Shown in pieces: positions 57,487-64,000 of a DNA stretch of 64,000 bases; within the stretch, counting starts at the first letter, position 1, and each line of letters begins with the position of its first letter. The stretch lies in contig NW_026262679.1 of NCBI RefSeq assembly GCF_021869535.1, positions 15,438,001 through 15,502,000 on the forward strand, given 5' to 3'. The notes below the pieces were generated by a model that saw only the letters and a program-made list of their open reading frames with translations, had not been told where the DNA came from and ran no database searches. A program made the translations under genes and the position numbers. Source of the DNA: Mytilus californianus (lineage: Eukaryota).

Positions 57487-59235
57487 TCAAATGTTTCGTT
57501 CAAATATGAAAACAGTACGTCCATTGTTATTTAATATAACCAGTTCATTCGATTCGCTGTCAAAGTCAACACTAAGCGGATTATCAATTCTTTCATTTCC
57601 ATTCAACAATAATACACAACTCTCCTGTGAAATATTAACTACACCAATTTTGTTTTGATTGCAGGACGAAACAAAAAGGCTCCCACTTGAATCAGATGTG
57701 ACACAGTTAATGTTTCTAAAAGTTTCCATCTTGCTGGTTTTGATATCTGAGGAGTTAATATTAAGATAAATTAATTTGGACGAGTAAAGCTGAACTGCTG
57801 CTATTGTTTCAGTGGTTATTGAACAAAATAGCATAGCACCTTTTATTAGTGAAAATGTTTTACTTATTTTTCCTTTCAGGTCCATAATTAGTATTCCTCG
57901 ATCTTCACAATTAACAACAAGAAATCCGTTAATAAATGCTATACCAATACATATGTCTCTAAGTGGGATTAGTCCTTTGAACTTGTACGAGGTTGTATCA
58001 ACAATTACGACGGCTTTGTGTGCCGTTACGGCTGCTGTGTTTCTGTCGATAATAACAGCCGAAGTTGCCGGAAATTCCATATGAATTTCACCTTTTCTAC
58101 CTCCAGATTTATTGTACACTAATAACTTCTTCATGGCATTTCCACCAATAAGAACACGATTTCTATGAATGACTTTGATAAATTGAATATCACTTTCTGC
58201 CACACTATCGTTTTTTTTTATTTTGAAATGATTTTTGTAACTTAACGCTTTGTTTTTGCGAATTTCACTGCAAGGAGGTAAAGGGAGAACTCTATATCCT
58301 GGGGAATTTTTCATCTTAGTTAGATTTTCCTCTGATTCTATGCTTGAAGAGGTTTCCAGATCACTGTCATTATCAACAATTTGATGAAATGGTTTCGTCT
58401 TAAATTCAAACATTTTTGTCATCTTCATGGAATAATTTCCCTCTTCAATTTCAGTATCGATTATGCAGTTGCAATCTAGTTTTGATGACGAAGCTATGAA
58501 TGTTTCGATTACAGACTCGTCGTCGTGTAGTTCTCTTCCTAATTTCTGTTGTAGTAAAAATAGCTTTTCATTTGGAATTATGTTTATACCAAATATATCT
58601 TCAATAATGTTTCGACGTTTTTCAATTTCTTTAGTTTTTTCTAAAAAGTCACCTCGTTGCCTAAGAACGTCGTCTTCTTGTGCTTGAAATAACTTCTCAA
58701 TTTCTCTTTTTGTCTCCGATTCGAAATTGTCTAAGGCCTTTTCAATACGCTCCCTGTTAGTCTGCAAATTTTCATAACACATTTGCTTCTTCATAGCAAG
58801 TTCTGAAATGTTTGTGTTTGCATTTACTGTAAGCATTTTCAGATTGTTTAAGTTCTTCTCTATTCGGACAGAAAAATTGTCACACACTTCCTTTATATTA
58901 CCGATTTCTATAACATCTTTTATCTGCACAACACTTTGGCATAACTGATGACGATAATCTTTACATAAAACACAACAAGGACAATTATGAGACTTGCAAA
59001 AGTATTGCAGATCTTTTTCTTGATGTTCATTACATGTGAATTGTATTTCAGCAAGTGTTCGCAAAACACATTTATATTTCTCAATAGAAATCATGTTATG
59101 TTCTTTTGTTGCAGTAAGGGCGTTGTGATAGTTAAAGCATGTTTTGCACAAAGGTTCTTGGCACGATATACACCAATATTCTCCAATTCTATATCTTTTT
59201 AACTGGCTACACGGCTCGCATTTAAACCTTTCCAT
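57487..59235 (-). CDS. RING-less TRIM-like protein: B-box1, B-box2, coiled coil and C-terminal beta-propeller-like region (582 aa, single coding exon)
   Basis: CEPC..WCISCQEPLCKTC..H..H and CNEH..FCKSHNCPCCVLC..H B-box patterns; helical E/K/L-rich segment; repeated beta-strand blades. Splice acceptor directly upstream of the ATG suggests a non-coding first exon. Confidence 0.88.
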   Translation of the reverse strand: MERFKCEPCSQLKRYRIGEYWCISCQEPLCKTCFNYHNALTATKEHNMISIEKYKCVLRTLAEIQFTCNEHQEKDLQYFCKSHNCPCCVLCKDYRHQLCQSVVQIKDVIEIGNIKEVCDNFSVRIEKNLNNLKMLTVNANTNISELAMKKQMCYENLQTNRERIEKALDNFESETKREIEKLFQAQEDDVLRQRGDFLEKTKEIEKRRNIIEDIFGINIIPNEKLFLLQQKLGRELHDDESVIETFIASSSKLDCNCIIDTEIEEGNYSMKMTKMFEFKTKPFHQIVDNDSDLETSSSIESEENLTKMKNSPGYRVLPLPPCSEIRKNKALSYKNHFKIKKNDSVAESDIQFIKVIHRNRVLIGGNAMKKLLVYNKSGGRKGEIHMEFPATSAVIIDRNTAAVTAHKAVVIVDTTSYKFKGLIPLRDICIGIAFINGFLVVNCEDRGILIMDLKGKISKTFSLIKGAMLFCSITTETIAAVQLYSSKLIYLNINSSDIKTSKMETFRNINCVTSDSSGSLFVSSCNQNKIGVVNISQESCVLLLNGNERIDNPLSVDFDSESNELVILNNNGRTVFIFERNI

Positions 59236-59814
59236 CGTTAACTGAAACTAAAGAGAAATACTGAAAAATTAGCATCAATATATATATATATATATAAACA
59301 AGTCTAAATTGAAAACAACGTTCAAACCTATGATTGCGTTGGATAAAAACTGCAATTTTTATACGTGTGCATGCAAAACAAATTTCTTGATAGAGGGGTC
59401 TAAAAACAGCACAAATAACATTTTCCAAAAGACTAAAAAAATGAAAAAGTATATTTTAACAAAGAACATCTGTTGCTCGACCTGTTAGTCAAATGCGTTT
59501 TGTTAAAATATAATTTTTCACTTTTTTGGTCTTTTGGAAAATGTTGTTTGTGCTGTTTTTAGACCCCTCTATCAAGAAATTTGTTTTGCATGCACACGTA
59601 TAAAAATTGCGGTTTTTATCCAACGCAATCATAGGTTTGAACGTTGTTTTCAATTTAGACTTGTTTATATTTTGCGTTTGGGCTTGTATTATATTTTCCT
59701 TCGGGTTTATATGATCCGTTCATCCTATTTCTAATATTTCGACTCTTCAAAATTCAGAGTCTTTCCTAAATGGAGGTAAATTATATGGCCTTCCAAATAC
59801 CGTTTCGATCCTTA

Positions 59815-59858
59815 ACATCACTGAAGAGACATTAATTGTCGAAATCCGGATATGGTGT
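59815..59858 (+). ncRNA. Minimal type I hammerhead ribozyme motif
   Basis: ACAUCA CUGAAGA GAC AUUAAUU GUC GAAA U CCGG A UA^UGGUGU; predicted cleavage after 59852. Confidence 0.85.
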
Positions 59859-60120
59859 ACTAATTTTTGCACCTTTTGTTTGCGGTATACCATCTTTTTC
59901 GCAAGTTTATTGTTTTCTATTTGGTATTAAATTTATAAATTTCAAAAGATCCATTTTGTAACATCTTGTAATCCGTTTATTTGGCAATCGCCAATGGCAG
60001 TCAGCAGGGTTTAAGAACATCTGTTGTTCGACCTGTTAGTCAAATGCGTTTTGTTAAAATATACTTTTTCACTTTTTTGGTCTTTTGGAAAATGTTGTTT
60101 GTGCTGTTTTTAGACCCCTC

Positions 60121-60151
<31 letters not shown>

Positions 60152-60412
60152 TCTGTGCTGTATTTAGACCCCTCTACCAAGAAATTTTTTTTGCATGCAC
60201 ACGTATAAAAATTGCGGTTTTTATCCAACGCAATCATAGGTTTGAACGTTGTTTTCAATTTAGACTTGTTTATATTTTTTCGTTTGGGCTTGTATTATAT
60301 TTGCCTTCGGGTTTATATAATCCGTTCATCCTATTTTGACTCTTCAAAATTCTAGAGTCAATCCTAAATTGAGGTAAATTATATGGGCTTCCAAATACCG
60401 TTTCGATTCCTA

Positions 60413-60456
60413 ACATCACTGAAGAGACATTTATTGTCGAAATCCGGATATGGTGT
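60413..60456 (+). ncRNA. Minimal type I hammerhead ribozyme motif
   Basis: ACAUCA CUGAAGA GAC AUUUAUU GUC GAAA U CCGG A UA^UGGUGU; predicted cleavage after 60450. Confidence 0.85.
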
Positions 60457-60944
60457 ACAAATTTTTTGCACCTTATGTTTGCGGTATACCATCTTTTCCG
60501 CAAGTTTATTGTTTTCTGTTTGGTATTAAATTAATAATCAAGATCCATTTTGTTACATCTGGTGATCCGTTTATTTGGCAATCGCCATGGCAGTCAGCAG
60601 GGTTTAAGAACATCCGTTGTTCGACCTGCTAGTCAAATGCGTTTTGTTAAAATATACTTTTCCACTTTTTTGGTCTTTTGGAAAATGTTGTTTGTGCTGT
60701 ATTTAGACCCCTCTACCAAGAAATTTGTTTTCCATGCACACGTATAAAAATTGCGGTTTTTATCCAACGCAATCATAGGTTTGAACGTTGTTTTCAGTTT
60801 AGACTTGTATATAAATATATTTATACTCGACGTCATTTCGAATCTGCTGGACGATCATACCACATCTCCTTATTTTTACGAGGATGAAATCCGAAGTTTT
60901 ATGCTACCAATTAGAATTTTTTTTATTTCAATGCCGTTTACAAC

Positions 60945-62100
60945 AGGAATCATGGAACCTTGTAACAAAAAAATTTGTTCCGGCGTGACATTTGTTCTTA
61001 AAGTTTATACCCGGAATATATAGTATAAGGAAATATGTTCCAGCACTGTAAAATTTGCTCAGGAACTATTTTTTGACCAAAATTTCCAGAACAAAAATCA
61101 CAGCTCCATGAATTGTGTTCCAATATTTTAAAAATGTTTAAAAAAGGTGAAATAAGTTCCTGTGACACATAGGTTCCCAAGGAATTATATATTTCATAGA
61201 AATTAATGAATAAGTTCCGCTCGAAACTATTTCACAGAAAATAAGTTCCTTTGCAACATATTTCACAGCGGAACATTTTCTTGTTACACTTAAATAAAAA
61301 TGCAAGCTGGATGCTGTACTGAGCTTGCATGTGGGTACATTTGCAATTGAAGGCATGACTGCAACTCTAGGATGAAGAATAGAAATAAAAGCGATGGTAA
61401 TATATTATAATTTGTATTTGTTTACGTTTTATGTGGTATTCCTCCTTTTTTCCTGTTAACTGTCAATGGTGTTATAGTTTAACGTGATATTAACCTTATA
61501 TTAAGCAAAACATTCTATAGTTGTACCTGATAAATTTAATACTCATCATTGAAGTCTTTAAACAACACGAGAACATTCAAAATATGGTTAATCTTTTAGA
61601 AATTCAAATTAAGTCAGCATGTATATTGTACGCAGATAATATGATTAAAAAACAAATGCACAACTAAGATTAACAACTGTGATAAATATTTTAAACATAC
61701 TATTTCAATTTTCTACAAATTAACATATGTTTAATTGCAATATTCACTCCACAGGATCCGTATTGGATGTTCACACTTTTTAGTTATTATTACATTATCA
61801 ATATAATACATGTTTTTATAATGTACATGAATGATAACTTTAAACTCAATGATGACAATGCTCAGTATTAAGGATAACTTGTATAACAAGTGGAACATAT
61901 TTCACAGACAAGGAACTTATTTCACCAGGTAAGGAACAAATTTCACAAACCCAGAACTTATTTCACCAGGTAAATTGTGGAACTTATTTTATAGAAGTGG
62001 AAAAAATTATATAGAAATTATCTGTGTAAAAAGTTCTCTCAGAATATGTTTCCTGTGATATTTAATCCACTAGATTTTTTTTCACAGGAACAAATTGTGG
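60945..62100. mobile_element. Degenerate foldback-like element with multi-copy subterminal motifs
   Basis: Left arm (to ~61280) has repeated (gtg)aaataagttcc and tgttcc; right arm (from ~61890) has their reverse complements ggaacttatttcac and ggaaca. Exact termini and TSD not resolved. Confidence 0.5.
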
Positions 62101-62199
62101 CTCACATATGCACGGTAATTTTCATGCTACATCATTGATCGATCAAATATCACTTACTGCTAGACTTAAGCTAAAGATTCACATATGAACTGTCGTTTA

Positions 62200-62810
62200 A
62201 AATCGGGACTACCCTCCGTGTTTCCGGCACAGAAGACGTCTCATCCCCTGAAAAGGACGTCGGTGTTTAATTTGAGGGAACTTCTGCCATTCCTGTACGA
62301 AAGAAGGCTCATTTCAGCGAGTGTTGTACATCATGATTCTCTCTGTTTAACTTTTCGCCACATGTGTTCAATGGGATGCATGTATTGTGATATGGATGGA
62401 CATGGTATAGTGTCAATTGATTCAAGTTCTTCATGAAAAAATGTTTTATAATCCAAACACGATGAGGTCGAACATTTGTATCCTGAAAGATAGGTTAATC
62501 AGCCAAAGCATGACCAACAAAATGTGGTGAAACAATTCTATCAAGAATGTCATCATGGTTCTTTTGACCAGTCAGGATACCGTCAAGAATATAAAGATCC
62601 AACTTTCAGCCATGTTCAAAGCACCGAATAGTGTTACGCTACCGTCTCCAAACGTTCATGTTCCAAGAACATCATTGTTTTATTGGCCGTGTTTTATCTC
62701 TCCAAACTCGAATTCTACCCTTAACCGGTTTCTCTTCTGGCCAATGGATTCTTCTCCAATGGTGAATTTTTCATTGTTGATGATTCCTAGCGCCTAAAGA
62801 TTTGTTCCTT
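62200..62810 (-). pseudogene. Tc1/mariner transposase relic
   Basis: Frame-shifted minus-strand motifs GRIRVWR, FGDGSVTLFGAL, ILDGILTGQK..DDILDRIVSPHF, IFQDTNVRPHR, PCPSISQYMHPIEHMW correspond to the Tc1 DDE domain. Confidence 0.85.
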
Positions 62811-64000
62811 ACAATGCCTTATAGAAATTCTATGCCTTACAGTAAGTTCTGGTCGTTTGATTTGTCAGTGAGCCAGAATACAGAAACTATGCAGCCTGCG
62901 TAGGACAGTTCTCATATTCTAAAAAAAATCAGTAACACGAAAATTGCCCAACAAGTGTTTTAAAAACCCATTTTGGACAATCAAAATCGATTCAATTAAA
63001 AGTTCATCTCTATCTTTCAGTTACCTTTATTTTACAATTTGCAGATGAGACAACCTGATTTTTATAATTTTTATTGTGAAAGAAATATTTTAAATATTAA
63101 AATTGGTGGTGATTAACTTTTGTCCGAGTGTTTATAATAGACGTGTTATGAAAGGGATTTAAATACTGCGCTGATGTTAAATACCAATACCGATACAAGA
63201 TTTAAGTGTGGACTTTCTCAAAATGCAATTGCATTGAAAAGTATCCCGGCTTAGTGACTAGTCTAGTTTAGCTTTGTGGTGTGTTTAATACAACATGAAG
63301 CGAACGGTTAACGTCGACTCTAAATTTTAAGACGTGCATTGGCCTTACGTAGATCTTCATACATTCATTTGTATGTGTTTGATTAAGGAGTGCAAAACAA
63401 AACTTAAAAAAAATATATGTAAGAGTCAAGAATGGGAATGACGGATTTTACGGCCACAAGTCCAAATACATGCATTAAGTTATATGGTTAGAATATGTTT
63501 AATAGTTAAATAACTCAGTTTGTCTCTCCACATGCAATATAAGAAAAAAAAAACAACTTCCGACCCTTCACCGAAACGTAAATTTAACATGCTTGATAAT
63601 GTCCAAACGTTGTAATCTTTTAAAACTGAATTCGATAACCTCTCTTTTCCGAAAAACTAACTGATAAAAGTTCATAGAAAGAAAATGTCAGGGAAAATGT
63701 GAATAAGAATAATTAATTCACACATTTTAACGTTTTTTAGGTATTGTCGCTTTTCAACATTACATTAAAGATATAAAGATAATCAAATGTCAAGTACATA
63801 AATTTCTAGTTTTGTTTATTTTTAGAATTTTACGCTACTGTGTAACTCATTTCTCTATTCTAGAAAATGATATAAAATAAGATGTGGTATGTTTGCCAAA
63901 ATAGACAACTATCTACCAAAGACCAAATGACGTAAATGTTTGCAACTATATGTCACTGTATGACCCCCAACATGCAGCAAAACCCATTCCGTATAAAAGA

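Larger units (their letters stand above)
59298..60808 (+). mobile_element. Second array of the 540-nt hammerhead repeat family, with an inverted 5' arm
   Basis: 59298-59463 minus-strand 3' arm abutting (TA)n; 59464-60808 plus-strand tandem units; hammerhead cores at 59821 and 60419; internal (TA)n at about 60121-60146. Confidence 0.85.

Noticed and set aside
57812-59202. Plus-strand ORFs overlapping the TRIM-like gene
   Set aside because: Antisense shadows of the 582-aa ORF with no independent motifs.

Overview
AT-rich animal genomic DNA, inferred to be a bivalve (Mytilus-like) from its repeat families and gene content. Genes reconstructed by hand from splice sites: (1) the first two coding exons of OSTF1 (- strand, continuing beyond the left edge); (2) a 6-exon, 227-aa EXD1/Egalitarian-type 3'-5' exonuclease-domain gene whose ExoI catalytic D-x-E is replaced by N-x-K (+); (3) a 7-exon secreted S1 serine protease (-) with a beta-defensin-like six-Cys module, an intact His/Asp/Ser triad, a Gly189/Gly216/Asp226 pocket, a GC-AG intron and an amphipathic C-terminal tail; (4) a head-to-head 6-exon single-MAM-domain type I membrane protein (+), whose promoter-proximal region is tandemly duplicated with exon 2 deleted from the copy; (5) a DEDDh (TREX1/PML-like) exonuclease pseudogene; (6) an intronless B-box/coiled-coil/beta-propeller TRIM-like ORF (-). 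The most striking non-coding signal is a ~540-nt repeat family in which each unit carries one minimal type I hammerhead ribozyme. It forms tandem arrays (26.0-27.6 kb, 59.3-60.8 kb, plus a nested copy at 7.3-8.6 kb) with 3' ends anchored in (TA)n and inverted 5' junctions, as expected of a retrozyme-like, Penelope-mobilised element. One ribozyme copy has an 8-nt duplication that rebuilds a 6-bp stem III. Two other hammerhead families, Penelope-like RT relics, LINE relics, a SINE, HINE/MITE-like elements, a Tc1 relic, a 31-bp minisatellite and long palindromes fill the rest. All gene models and RNA folds are manual and untested.
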